Shown here in pieces: positions 1 through 12,778 of a stretch of 64,000 nucleotides of DNA (position 1 is its first letter; each line of letters begins with the position of its first letter). Location: NCBI GenBank assembly GCA_965649765.1, contig OZ287750.1, positions 98,332,001-98,396,000 on the forward strand. The letters run 5' to 3'. Origin of the DNA: Bispira polyomma (lineage: Eukaryota). The notes below the pieces were generated by a model. It saw only the letters and a list, made by a program, of their open reading frames with translations, was not told the DNA's origin and made no database searches. The position numbers and the translations under genes were made by a program.

Positions 1-404
1 ATGCAGTCAAGTAGTATTATCAGCAAACTGTCAGAATCTTTAAAACAAAAACAAACGACGTGATGTACTTGATTATTTAACAAAGTCAAAAGCTGGTATT
101 ATATGCTTACAAGACACTAATTGGACCTCAAAAGATGAAAGCATTGTAAGGCTAATGTGGAATGGTGATTGTATTTCAAATGGTGAATCCTCTAATTTAA
201 GAGGCGTTGCTATTTTGTTCAATACCAACTTTGAATATAATATTGTGTCTGTCTCTAAAGACAAAGATGGAAACATGATAATGCTTGATCTTAATATCGG
301 AGACATATCATTAAAACTGCTTAATATATATGCTCCTAACAGAGAGGTTTTTAAAAAAATAAAAGAAATCTTAGAATTAAATAACAAAACTTATATATTA
401 CTAT

Positions 405-1931
405 TATTATTAATATTATAGACTTTTAACGCGCTTTATTGATGCTAGGCATCTTCTGAAGCGCAACAGCAGAATCATTAGTCCAATCATTAAGTCCATG
501 GAAATTGCAAAGTGGTAAGGAAGGAAGTGGGAGCGTGCACGAGGAAAGCTAAGGTGGGTAGGCAAGATTAAAAAGATAGGTTTTAAGCTTTTTCCTAAAA
601 CCGATAAGTGTGTCAACTGATCTGAGATCAACTGGGAGACTGTTCCATAACCGTGGAGCTGTAGTGGAGAACGCTCTGAAACCTGCCTTTCTGATTGGTC
701 TGACCGAAGTGACAGAGAGTCTGTTGCCTCTCTTGCGGTTACTGAAGGAAAGAAGGGAGTCAAGGTAGGGTGGCTGTTGAGTGACTACAGCCTTAAAAGT
801 GGTAATGTGAATGTTAAACAAAATTTGAGATTTAATGGGCAACCAGTGTAATTTTTTGAGGTAAGGAGTGACGTCTGTGCGACAACCCAGGCGAAAAATA
901 ACCCTACATAAGTAGTTTTGGATGGACTGGAGCTTTTTAATGTTTGACTTGTTTGCTTCGTACAAGAGAGAATTGCAGTAGTCGAGGCGGCTACTCACAA
1001 GGGCATTTGCCACAGTTATCGCTGTGTCCATGGACAAGTGGTGTCTGATTCTTTTGATGTCGCGTATGTGGTAATAGCAGGAGCGACAGATGTTGGCAAC
1101 ATGAGTATCAAAAGAAAAAAAGCAGAATCAAAAGTGACACCCAGGTTTTTAGCATTTTCGGAAGGTAGTATATCTTTTCCCAGTAGGAAGATGGGAAACA
1201 AAGATTTTAGGAGTTCACTGTTTTTCTTGTTTCCTATGAGGATGAATTCTGTTTTGTCAGGGTTAAGCTTTAGTTTGGAGTAGTTCATCCACGCCTGGAC
1301 ATCAGGCAGACAGTCTGCAAGTAGGTCTATGTTAATATCTGCGTTTTGTGGATTGAGAGAGAGATAGACTTGAGTGTCATCTGCATACATGTGGTGTTTT
1401 ATATTGTGTTTATTGATGACAGTGCTGAGAGGATGTGTATAAAGGGTGAAAAGTAGAGGACCAAGGACGGATCCCTGGGGTACTCCATATGGAAGTTTTA
1501 TGGAAGATGATAGGTGATCATCTAGTTTATTTCTTTGTGCCCTAAGAGTAAGGTAGGATCTGATCCATTTAAGGACACTGCCATTTATACCGAACCACTG
1601 CTTGAGAGTGTCGCAGAGCAGGACATGATCAATAGTGTCGAATGCAGCTGAGAGATCCAGAAGGGTGAGGGCCACTGTGTCGTTGCGGTCCAGTGCAAGA
1701 TTGATATCATTGCTGATGGAAAAAAGGGCACTTTCTGTAGAGTGAAATTTTCTATAAGCAGACTGGTGGCGATTTTCAATGTTTTGTCTATTAAGGTGGT
1801 CAGAAATTTGTTTAGCTACAGCTTTCTCGATGACTTTTGAGACGAAGCTGTGGTTTGACACCGGTCTGTAATTTTTGAGCTGGTTTTTATCAAGCCTTTG
1901 TTTTTTAATCAAGGGAGTTACATTTGCCGTC
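405..1931 (-). mobile_element. L2/CR1-group LINE, 5'-truncated (RT domain, C-terminus, 3' tail)
   Basis: ORFs 1016-1933 (YRPVS, LDLSAAFDTIDH, GVPQGSVLGPLLF, YADDTQ) and 549-1037 (SRLDYCNSLL, LHWLP, APRLWNSLP). 3' end reads GCGC..AATAAAGCGCG followed by a (TAA)n-like tail at ~405-450. Confidence 0.9.
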
Positions 1932-2165
1932 ATGTGGGGATTAAAATTTAGTAACGGACCCTATCCAAGATTGTGACCAATATAAACATATAAATGACCT
2001 CAAGTCACGAAAACTTCTTTTAGAAATTATGAATATTTTTAATTTAAATGACACTTTTTGTGTGCTTCACCCCTCTTTAAGAAGGTACACTTGGAGAGAA
2101 AAACCCTAGGTGTCAGGCTAGACTAGACTATTTTTTAATGTAACATACCATGCATGATATTGTTA

Positions 2166-2850
2166 GCCTACGCTTCCTTTCAGCACATTCGGACGTCGGC
2201 CGATTTAAAGGTGTCCGATCCGATCCTACGTCGGCCGATGTTGTGCTTCCTTTCATCAGATATACACTCAAAATTTGTCGGATGGTAACTTGAAAAATGG
2301 CAGAAGAAAGCCTATTTTATTGTGATTACTGTGCTTTTTTCCCCATCAAAATTCCTTGTAAAACAGCTGATATATATACAGTTAAGTAAGGGTACCCATT
2401 TTTACTTCCTGGTGTGTAAGCTGTGATGTAGCTACATAACTGACGTCATTATGACGTCATTGTGACGTATTCTGTAGAAGGGAAAGTTAAATAGAGTACC
2501 CATCTATAAACTTAAATATCTGAGCCGTTTCTTAACGGATTTTGGTGGGGAAAAAAGCAAAGTAATGACAATAAAATAACCTTTCTCATGCCATTTTCAA
2601 CTGACGAATATTGAGTAAATATAGGATGAAAATCATAACTATGATAGCATTTTTGCAGACATTCTTGTTTCAAAATCGGTCAGTCCTCCCGATTTTTCCC
2701 CTCCCTGACAGATAAAAACTGATGGCCAAACAGACGTCGGCCGACGTCTGATCGGATCTGATGCAAATCTGCTGAAAGGAAGCACTTGTTAGTATTGTAT
2801 AATGAGGGAAAAAATCGGCCGATAAAAACATGCTCAAAGGAAGCGTAGGC
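2166..2850. mobile_element. Foldback MITE (PIF/Harbinger-like termini)
   Basis: 20-bp TIRs GCCTACGCTTCCTTTCAGCA / TGCTCAAAGGAAGCGTAGGC (1 mismatch). Long internal inverted arms (~2295-2370 vs ~2520-2600). The Tx1 reading frame resumes across the insertion. Confidence 0.8.
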
Positions 2851-3196
2851 AAAGTGGTTGTTGTATTAATCCAAGCTATAGAAGCGATCACTTGAGTGTT
2901 CAAATTAAAATAACGAGGAAAGGGACTTTGGAAATTTAATTGTAGCCTCTTCAAAGACAAAGAATACTTAAATCTCATTTATTCTGTTATTCTAGATGAA
3001 AAATATAAATATGCTCTCCCAATTTATAATTTGAAATGTTTAGACACAATTCTGGACAGTGATATTAATTTTACTGTCAATGACGGCCAATTTGTGGCAA
3101 TGCTACTGCTAAGAATTAGAGGCGAGACAATAAAGTTTGCATCCTATCATAAAAAGCAAGCAAATGAACTTGAAAATAGATTAATAAGTAAAATAG

Positions 3197-5020
3197 ATTT
3201 GAGCCTTGATGACTGAAAGATAGTTAGACACTGATGTGTGAGAGGTGTTATTGACTACTAGCACTTCTAAAAAGGCAAGCAATGAAATTGGAGTTATACT
3301 ATAGATGGATATATGAGCCAAACAACAGTAAGCTAGGAACATCCTAAACATGGAAGAGTAAGCTTTTTGAGTGGCTGGTCGGAATGCTTGATGAGCTCGA
3401 TTGGCCGCGCTGTCAGCTAGCCTGTTGACCCAGGTGAAAGAACCGGAAAAAGTTTCACATCTAGATAGCCCAATTTATCTCTAGCAGGTCCTCTTTGACC
3501 TGAAGCCATGTAGGCTTTTTTACTAATTTACTTAGTTTGTCGACATTATTGCGTGTAATCGCCCATCTTGATAGTAAATCCGCGGTAGTGTTTCTTTTGC
3601 CCAAAATATGGACTGTTCTCAATTCAATATCGGCCTTAGCTGCCTCCATGAAAATATTCCTAGTCATTGCGGACAAAGTGTGGTCATAGGTTTTATCGAG
3701 TTTAAAATTAACACGACTGCCTGGACTAGCAATTTTCTTCCAGACCAGTGATTTTTCCAGACTCTTAAGGCAACTAATATGTTTAACATTTCCAAATGGC
3801 AATGGTGTAATCATTATATCCCAAGGGTATTTGTTTAGTATAAATTTCATTGTTACAGCACGCGCCCAAACCTTGAAGGCAGGCATCTAAGTGTACTTCA
3901 TCAGTAACAGGTTTGTGATCAAAAAAAGCTACCCTGTTAAAGCTAGTGAGAAATGTCTCAAACCAATTCAAATCTGTTGAAAGGCTACATCTAATTTATT
4001 ATTGTTGGTATCTCTAGCCCCTCTTAGAGTATCTAGCATCCAGTTTAGATATGCTCTGGAGATTCTAACGCATTTTGACACATAGAGAAGAGAACCAAAC
4101 AGTGATTGGATTTGCCTTCTATTACAGACTTTTTTGTATTTCTAGCTTTGACATATTTGTCTCATTCCTCCAGTTTATTGTCTGGAATTGACACTGTAAA
4201 ATTCTCAGTATTAACTAGATACCTAAACACACCACTTTTGTACTATCGGCTACCACCTTCTCCTCGCTTATGGCAAAACCTAGTTTGTGAAAAATATCCT
4301 TTAATAGATCAAATGACTGAGATACTGTAGCTGGAAGCCCGTAACCTATGATGTCATCAATGTAGTTGATTACATCATGACCATGTGACGTCATAATAAA
4401 TCTTATAGCGTCACTGAGCCGTTAAAAGAAGGCGCTTCCGTGGCGATACCCAAATGGTAGGCAAGTATCTATAAAGAAATTATCTAATTACAAACCTAAT
4501 AAATCATAGTCACCAGGATCAATTTTAACGTGTCTAAATGCACTACTAATGTCTAATTTATATAGAAGTGCACCTTTTCCTAGTTTAATCAAATTTTTGG
4601 TAATATGGTCCATTGTGGGAAGAGTTAGAATGAAGGGAGTACCAAGTATTGTTCTTTCTGCATTGCTGGATTTACAGCATGACCTTCAGGATAGCTTAAA
4701 TCTATGATGACTCGCCTATGTTTTGCCTTTGGCTTTGGACGTGTCATAAAAGGGTAGATGTGAAGTTCGGATAATGGAGGGTCCCTGAAGGGACCTATTA
4801 TTTCACCAAAGTTTTTCTTCTCATTAAGGTAGGCCTTAACATCATCTTTATACTGAATAGCCGAGCTGTGATTTTCCCCTTTGTTTTCTAGGGGGCAAGT
4901 CTTGTCAAAATCTAGCAGAAAACCGAATTTGATCAGATGAAAAAATTGGCGATCCCAGTAATGTTTAAGCAGTTGTTTCCATGCTGCGATATTCAGTTGC
5001 GACTTTACAGGTATTTGAGC
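3197..5020 (-). mobile_element. Internal fragment of an Ngaro-like YR retrotransposon (copy 1): RT, RNase H and the start of YR
   Basis: ORFs 4625-5059 (NHSSA, PFMTRPK..RRVIIDLSYP), 3783-3971 (LDACLQGLG) and 3461-3886 (ADLLSRW). YIDD-encoding sequence at ~4350-4362. YR start AFRPATQKAY..SVSNYLSVIKA. Collinear with the 45-50 kb element. Confidence 0.85.
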
Positions 5021-5865
5021 GCATACCACATTGGTATTATGCAGGAATATGTACCCCATTGGACCTTTTAAATCATGATGGTAGTATTATGGAGTTGGAG
5101 CAAATATGTCCATTATATAAAGTGAAAATAAATTTTCTAGAAGATTTTAGAATTAAACAATGTTTAAAAAGTTTGCATAAAAAAATATGTTTTAAAACCC
5201 TAAGAAGAAATGATTTTATTTGGTTTCAATACAGAATTATTCACAGAATTTTGGGTAGAAGGGCTTATTTAAACAAAATTAATGTACGTAATAATTCCTC
5301 TTGCTACTTCTGCAATATGTATACTGAGACAATAATCCACATGTTTATTTCTTGTCCAGTCGTTATTATATATTTAATTCTGGAATGACTTAAAATCTTA
5401 GCTTCAACAATTCTTTGGTTTGTACCAAGATCTAAATCCAATGGGTATAGTGTTTGGTTTATTGGAGAAGGAAGGTGATTTTTTCCCCCAACAATGTTGT
5501 TTTTATTGTGGCAAAAAAGTATATATTTGGATGTTCTAGAAATTTAAAACCCTTATCTCAGAAGTATATGTATTGACCAAGAATATATAGATAAAACAAA
5601 CTACCAGCTTGACAAGTTTCAAGCAACTTGGTCTGTGTTTAACAGAATAGTACAGAGCTAATTTATATATTTTATATAATTAATTAAAACTTTTGACGTA
5701 TTTACATGTAGACTTATATGGTTGCTTTGCATGTTGTAAACTTATTTTATTTATTTCTAAGCTGAATCCCCGCTCATGTGTTTCAAGTTTTTGCAGATTT
5801 TTATTCTTTTTGTTTTGAATGTAAATGTATGTATTTTATATATATGTTATAAACAAAAAAAAATT
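5021..5865 (+). mobile_element. Tx1/L1-clade LINE 3' end (zf-RVT region, 3' UTR, A-tail)
   Basis: HWYYAGI..DLL, WFQYRIIHRIL, CYFC..ETIIHMFISC; stop at ~5660; AT-rich UTR ending in an A-run at ~5855-5863. Confidence 0.8.
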
Positions 5866-5899
5866 AAATACTCAATGTTAACAAATCAACCAAAATGCA

Positions 5900-7700
5900 A
5901 AGTATTTGATGGATATGTTTCACTATAAGACGCTATTTATATTTGGTTTTACATTGTATAAGAGACTCATACTATGAGGATGGGATTTGGCCCATATTCA
6001 AAACTTCCAAAATAAAATACAAATTAAAAGCAATGCATTTGATGGATATGTTATAACACTACTTGTCAGTGAGGGTAACTAATACAGATGATAACAAATT
6101 AATATGTTAACCAAATTATAACACTGTTTAAATGTAACATGTTAAAGTGAAATGATTTAAAGTTTTGGTGAAATAGAGTTTTACAGTTGTTTCAGAACTA
6201 CTTTCTTGTTGGGTACATAGCACTAAAACAGACACTAATGTTTGATAGTCCTGATGAACATTAGGATATTTATTTTTATAACTGCCACACAATGCCGGCC
6301 TTAACCCCCATCGTACAAAAAGCATTCAGCTTATTTCATGTCAGGAACACCATCTATTGTATCAGTGTACATAGGGCCAAAAAGGGGCAAACAATCTCAG
6401 TCACAAAGATCATCTCTACTGAGTGGCATTACGAGGACATTGCTACAATACACAAATACTGCCAAACAATTTAGTAACAAACAAGTCCCATTTTGGCCCT
6501 TATACTTGGATCTACGAAACCCTTTTCTCTGTGTGGCCTGTTATTGCAGAGATATTTGTAAGGGGTAAGTGTGGTCACATTGATACAGGGGCTCAATGAG
6601 CCACATAAAACGTGACATTGAATTACAAATTAAGAGTGGCGTGGGCAAATAAACTGTCTGTAATACCCCAATATATATACAATGGTAGGCATTTAGCATT
6701 CAACAAGTGGGGGGAATGGCTTTCTTATGGCAGGCTTCTTATTCATTGAGTTATTGTTCACGTTGTGCCAAATACTCAAAAGTGTAGCTGTAATATGGGG
6801 CATTGGTGGCTTTATTATTACACACAATCTACACTGAATCTATAGTCAAGCTACAGTTTAGTGTTAACAGAAACAAGTAGTGTATTATGGCACAATAATA
6901 AACATCTGGTATATGTGAAGAACAAATTGCACATAGAATTGATAGTGATAATTGCATCTTGGCAAAATATAATATTAACTTCTATGTTTTAATTCTGTCT
7001 GACAAAAGAGAAACACACATAGTTTCTTGACAATATGAAAGCACCTGGGGCTGACACCTGTCTGTTAGATTCAACTTAATTGGGACTTAAAGTCATTTTT
7101 AACAACTGTGTATTTCATCATTATTTTAATAGTTAAATCACTTAGAACTGCAGGACAGGGTGTTGGTTATTGTTTCTGCAAAGCATCATGACAAGTCCAC
7201 TGTCAAGGAGGCACGAATATTTTGAAAGGTTGGTAAAAAGCCAGTGTCTTCATGATACAGGAATCAATCTATCAATGCATAATGTTACAAAGCTATAAGA
7301 AAAAGGGAGTCTGCTTTAGTGGTTTTGTCATAGGTAACACATGTCAGCTGGTTATTGTATGACTTTAGAGTCCTTAACTATTGTGTGGAGAGAGCCAGAA
7401 ATTCTGTAGAAGCTGCTCAGCAAGGTTATGGAGATGAATGCCAGAAGATATACCTGATTGTGATTGGGTTTTAAGCCTGGTCATTATAAATACATATGAA
7501 CCAGTTTATTAAAAATGTATCTGGTATTAAAAATTGGGAATGCCCCTTATGTTAAGCTATGAAAGCATGACAGGAGTAGCTGAGTTCTTTTAAGCTCTAG
7601 CCATTGGATATTATTGCTAGGTAAACTAGGTTCAAAAGATTGGTGACTGTATGTCATGCAATCTGGCTGAACTGCAGCAGTTATGAAATCTATCATCGCA
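5900..7700 (+). pseudogene. Decayed Toll-like receptor-like gene (LRR-CT, TIR)
   Basis: LYLDLRNPFLCVAC at ~6500-6541 (LRR-CT), VCNTP at ~6655, CLH at 7245, and KAIRKRESALVVLS*VTHVSWLLYDFRVLNYCVERARNS at 7289-7405 (resembles TIR AIxxSxxxxVVLS..SxWCxYEF). Many stops and frameshifts; boundaries approximate. Confidence 0.55.
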
Positions 7701-8549
7701 AAGGGTATCTACATAGTCTAATCATTTATCATCGTGGTGTAGTGGAAATTTTCAATCGATTTATGATTGTGAGAGCATTGTACTGAACTTCAGCTTTATG
7801 TGTATCTCAACTGCATGCAAAAACATTTTATTATACACTCGGCCATGGAATAGGAGGTTTTGGGGTGCAATACACACGGGATATAAAATGTGTTGAATTA
7901 CACAGCGCCCCTGTGTTAAATTTTCTCAATGTTGTTTCTGTCTCTATTAATAGGGCCCAATTATAAAATATATAATTTTAATGCAACAGTTTCTCTTCCT
8001 CTGATGTAGTTGTGTATGGCATATCTCTTGTGATCCTTTGTTGACCCTTTGTTTCTGTTTTTTTCTATTTGGAAAACCATCAGAACTGCAAGGAATAAAT
8101 AAATTCGTTTTAATTAAGAGCAGCAGTAACATTAGGGTAGGTGTAACATTTAGAGCAATAGATTAACATTTCCTTAACTCAACTTAAATTAAAGATTACG
8201 TCACAAGTGGCTGTACACAAATTTGCCACAAAAAAAATACTTATATAACTTTTACACTATTCAATGGAATTCTATTTCATTACTGACTAGTACTATTTCT
8301 GACAAATGATTTAAAATAAAATTTATAGGTATGAAAAAAATTCATGGTTTTATAATTGATGCATTTTCATGTCTGCACTGCTAATAGATATCTGAAATTA
8401 AGATAATGTGCATGTCTCAGTTATGTAACCTTGTGATGTAGCCTTCTAAATATATGTCGTAAATATTCCATCAAAACTGTTCCTGTTAAAATTAAGTGCT
8501 ATGGGATCCACATGGTACTTAAAGTTAGAAACAACATAAAATATTAACC

Positions 8550-8830
8550 TACACTTGTGACCATTAATTCTGAGAGTATGACATAACAGTGTCATTTACC
8601 ACAATCAGGAATTGTAGATTTTAGTTATGCAGCTTATCTGGTAAATATGGAACTACAACTTATTGATCCAATCATGCATAAAGTTAGAAGTAAATAAAAG
8701 AATAACATATACTTGTGACAATTAATATTAAAAGTATGACATGATAATGTCATTTACCGCAATCGAAAAACTTTAGATTTGAGTTAAGCCACTTGTCTGG
8801 TAAATATGGAACTACAACTTATTGATTTAA
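8550..8830. repeat. Two-copy ~160-bp direct repeat
   Basis: ACTTGTGAC..AGTATGACAT..GTCATTTACC..CTGGTAAATATGGAACTACAACTTATTGAT occurs at ~8553-8668 and ~8712-8826. Confidence 0.75.
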
Positions 8831-8849
8831 TAATTGTAAGCATTACATC

Positions 8850-10420
8850 AAAGCCGATAAACTGTAATAAACCAGGTGGATACTAAATGTCATAAACCTA
8901 CATGGCACATTTATTTCAGTCATATATCCTGGTCACACACAAGATACAATCAGTGATATCTAGTGGTAATTACCCCTTATATACATACACCATAGTAGCT
9001 TTGCTTGTGTAAGCTTAAATGGCACTTCATTGTATTTACTCTCAGAAGAAGTAGGTGTTAATTGCCACAATAATAGTACACGCACATTGAGACTGCACAG
9101 TAAAGCTAAGGATAAGATTATGTAGTGCATGATATGCTAATATAACAACCATTTTGATTCCCTTATTTAATGCAGAAAAAAACTAAGCTGTCTGATAAGC
9201 TGGCATTGCAGTGATGGAGTATTCAAGAAAACATGTGTGGTCATTGATTCGAGGGATATTGACCATATACAGATTGGAACTCTCTGATTAGTAACTTAAA
9301 TTGGAGTCCTTAATACAAGTCGCCATAGACACTAAACTGTAAAGAGCAATTTTGTCATCTATTTTCTTGTTACACCAACCACATATTACATTTAAAAACA
9401 ATACACATCAGACACCCCACTAAATATATACCAAATTCATACTTAGCTGGTCGTATATTGCCAAACCTAAGCCATTATAAATGGTCACCGACAAATAGTA
9501 TTACATAATTCTGGCTATAATCCCACATCATACATACAAGATACAGTCTGCTTAACTTCACCTCAATGGGGCCAAAAAAGCAATAAACTAAGTAAAAGAT
9601 AACCTCAACTGGTTTGCATTAAGGGGACAGCCAACAATGCACAAAGAATGTCAAATGATTGGTTGGAAAGAAGTCCCATTTTGTCCCTTATAGTTGGGTC
9701 TAAAGAAACCCATTTCTCTCTGTGTTAACTGTTATTATAGTAATGGGGACATTAAGGGGCAAGTGTCGTCATTGATTCCAGGGAGAAAATGGGCCACATA
9801 TAGATTAGGGCCTTGAATAGCAAATTAAGACTCGCGTGGGCAAAATAACCCGTCTGCAATACTCCAATGTATAACAAGTGGATGAAATGGCTTTCTTATG
9901 GCAGGTTTGTATTCTTCTCATTAAGATCCCTCTGTATCTGTAATGCCATCACCGTCACAAAAGTCAGGCTGTGATAATTATGTGGGAATGGCTAGCTTTA
10001 TCACCAACACAAGCCATAGGGAGGACATAGTCAAGCTACTGTGTTTTCAAAAACAAGTAGTGTTGTATGACACAAGAGGCTGATATATGTGATGTATAGC
10101 AAAGCTATAACAAAAGGAGTCTGAATTCAATAGTTTTTGTTAAAAGAAACCCATACTAGCTGGTTTTTTAATAACATTAGCATCCTTACATATATTGTGT
10201 CAGCTAAAATGCTGCTCATTCAGTTAAGATGTACCTGTACACCTGGAATAGTCAAACTTAGTTGATGCTCTCCTAATAGGCTAAATTATGATAGAATAAC
10301 AGGACTGTCTAATGTTTGAGACTGTAGGCAGTGGACTATATAGGCCTCTAAGCTAGATCCAAACGATTTGTGACTGGTTAACATGCAATCTGCCTGAATT
10401 GCAGCAGCTTTAGAGTTTTT
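8850..10420 (+). pseudogene. Paralogous decayed TLR-like copies (partial ~8850-9330 and ~9400-10420)
   Basis: Collinear blocks shared with 6370-7680: AAGTCCCATTTTG (6483/9671), GGCTTTCTTATGGCAGG (6718/9889), TAGTCAAGCTAC (6843/10029), AAAGCTATAA (7289/10101), CATGCAATCTG.CTGAA.TGCAGCAG (7655/10382). Confidence 0.5.
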
Positions 10421-12778
10421 TTTCCCATAAATAAAACTCCACTATTTTAAGAAGTGTTAGAGTTATTCATATTATTAAAAACCCATAAAATAAATTCGAT
10501 AAAAGACAAAATTCTAAACCTATCATAACTGTGAGATAATTGTGCCATAAATTAAGGTTTGTTAATATATCTAATTGCATGAGAATGAGTATTATTCGTG
10601 ACTCGAATCCAAGGAAAAAGAAGATTATTTGCAAATAAACTGACACAAACTGCAATGCAAGCTTTGTATTCCAGTCTTTTTATTTACAAGCTTTATTGGC
10701 TATTTAGGTTCCTCTGATGGGTTATTAAAATGTGTACTTACTACTCTACCTTATGTGTGAAGATTTGTCAATATCAAAATATAATATTTGATATGTCAGC
10801 TGTGTTACACTAAAGTATATACTTTTGATGGTGATTCGCTTTATACTATGTTTTCGAAAAGCTATGTAATGTTCATGTCTTGGTGGTGATATAATTTGCC
10901 TGAAGATGCTGTAAGTTAATTGTGGTAACTACATAAGACAATAACAGAGGGATATTAAACACAATTACCACAAAATTCTTCTGTCGTTACTTCTTAGATA
11001 GACAAAGGGATGTGTATACCTGCACATATGTTACTGTATTTTAACTGTAAGTACATAGTTATTCAGCAGGACATACAACCATGCTTTGATAGAAGTGAAA
11101 AAAATGGCTTTTTCCTATGATCATTTGCGTGGACGCAAGCACAGTTAACATATGGATTATCTTTATTACCATTGTATTTTTTGTGCTGCTTGAGAACAGG
11201 CCACATGGGGTTAGTACAATAAGTGTGGTTGGTTTAACATTGTCCTTATACTAATATGTTTTTGTCTCCCTCATGTAACATGTACCCTTAGGCCATATTA
11301 GAGCAAAACACAAGACCCTAGACAGACTGTATATCTAACTGTAATTAATGATCTTTTCTGGCCATGTGATCGTCTCACGTCCAAAAACAATAACCCTAGA
11401 CTTACTGCAGACACCAAAGTTATAAATATTTAGTGATGCTTATTTTTCCCAGGATCACAATTTATTGACTTTTAGAACTAATGGTTCTTTTTGTCAAATA
11501 TCAAATAATTATTTAAAAATTAGTTGCAATGCGAGAGATATACGACAAAGCTTCTAAATCAATCGATTACTTAACACAGGATTTGATGGGTATGCATAGA
11601 TTTTCTGCAACAATATTATTCCTTTCACAAGATAGAGTTTATGGAGAGGCTAAATTAAACACTTGGTTGAGGAGACTGAAAAAAAAAATTACATGGAACT
11701 GGAACTCATCAAGCAAATGGAAAAAGTTATTTACTTGTACTGAAGAAAAGAGTCTAGAATAAGGAGAAAGTAAATACTGGAAAAGAAAATTGTAAGATCT
11801 TTAGTTGAAAGGAAGCAATTTGTTTATATAGCCAACACCATTGAGTAAGCAAATAGTTGCCGAGAGGGAAAAGAAGGGAAAGCACAGGGCCAGAAAGTGA
11901 GAGGCAGCTGACAACTACAGTTCAGTCTATAACATACTACATAGAGAGTCAGTCAAGTAACACACAGAGATCGAGGTACACTGCATCAACAAGTCACTAG
12001 TATACTGCTTTCAATAGGACTCACTGATTGTTGTGTGACAGATACACATATACATTGAGCCATAGAGAGCTGGAGAGATTAGATGGGGGGAGGGCTTATA
12101 CACACAGCAGCTGTGATGCTTTAGCTATTTTCTCCCAGGTGATGTTTTAGAAGCTAATGATGTATAGAGAAGAGAAATTGACAGGGGAACCCTGTATATT
12201 TTAGCAGCAGTTATTGTTATGGCTGTTATTCTTGTATAGTTCTTATTATGATTAGGGTTTGTGTGTGTGTGTGGAGAGAGAGAGAAAAGGAGAGAAAAGG
12301 TATAGAAGTCATATCTGTACAATTAGAGAAGACTGCCAACTGCCACTTGAAAGCCAAGAGAGAAAACACTACACACACTCAAAATTCTCTGTGGACTATG
12401 TGTGAAAACAGATTTTGGCCTGTGTGTGATAAGTAAATACCTGGTTTGTTCTACTCAGGTGAAATGAGTAAAAACCCTAAACTCAAACTGGACAAAACCT
12501 TATCTTGTCAATTGATATTTAAAGTATTTTTTTGTCATTATAATACATAGATTGCCTCTTCACATTGTAGTGAATATCTCAAGAATTCAACAGAATCAAA
12601 CTGTTGACTTTCAAAAAGATGCTTATAATATCATTTTGATGGCAAATTGACTTATAGGAAGCAACCTGAGTACTAAAACTAGTCATTTTTGGCAAAGGAA
12701 CTGTTTTTACAATTTTTTTCCCCAATTGATAATCCTGATAATTCTGTAGGACCCAGGGATCAGGAATCAGTTCTCGCC

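Larger units (their letters stand above)
1..3196 (+). mobile_element. Tx1/L1-clade LINE, ORF2 APE endonuclease region, decayed and split by two insertions (pieces 1-404, 1932-2165, 2851-3196)
   Basis: Pieces translate in order to SANCQ..IICLQDT..RGVAIL..NIYAPN..ILL|CGD..DTF..YTW..RLDYFL..|YRSDH..LWKFNCSL..LLLRIRGETIKFAS, the standard Tx1/L1 endonuclease motifs, with stops and frameshifts. Confidence 0.85.

Noticed and set aside
12689-12778. N-terminal extension of the KCNMB-like ORF from TTG
   Set aside because: Non-ATG start upstream of a likely acceptor at 12748-49; probably intron and 5' UTR.
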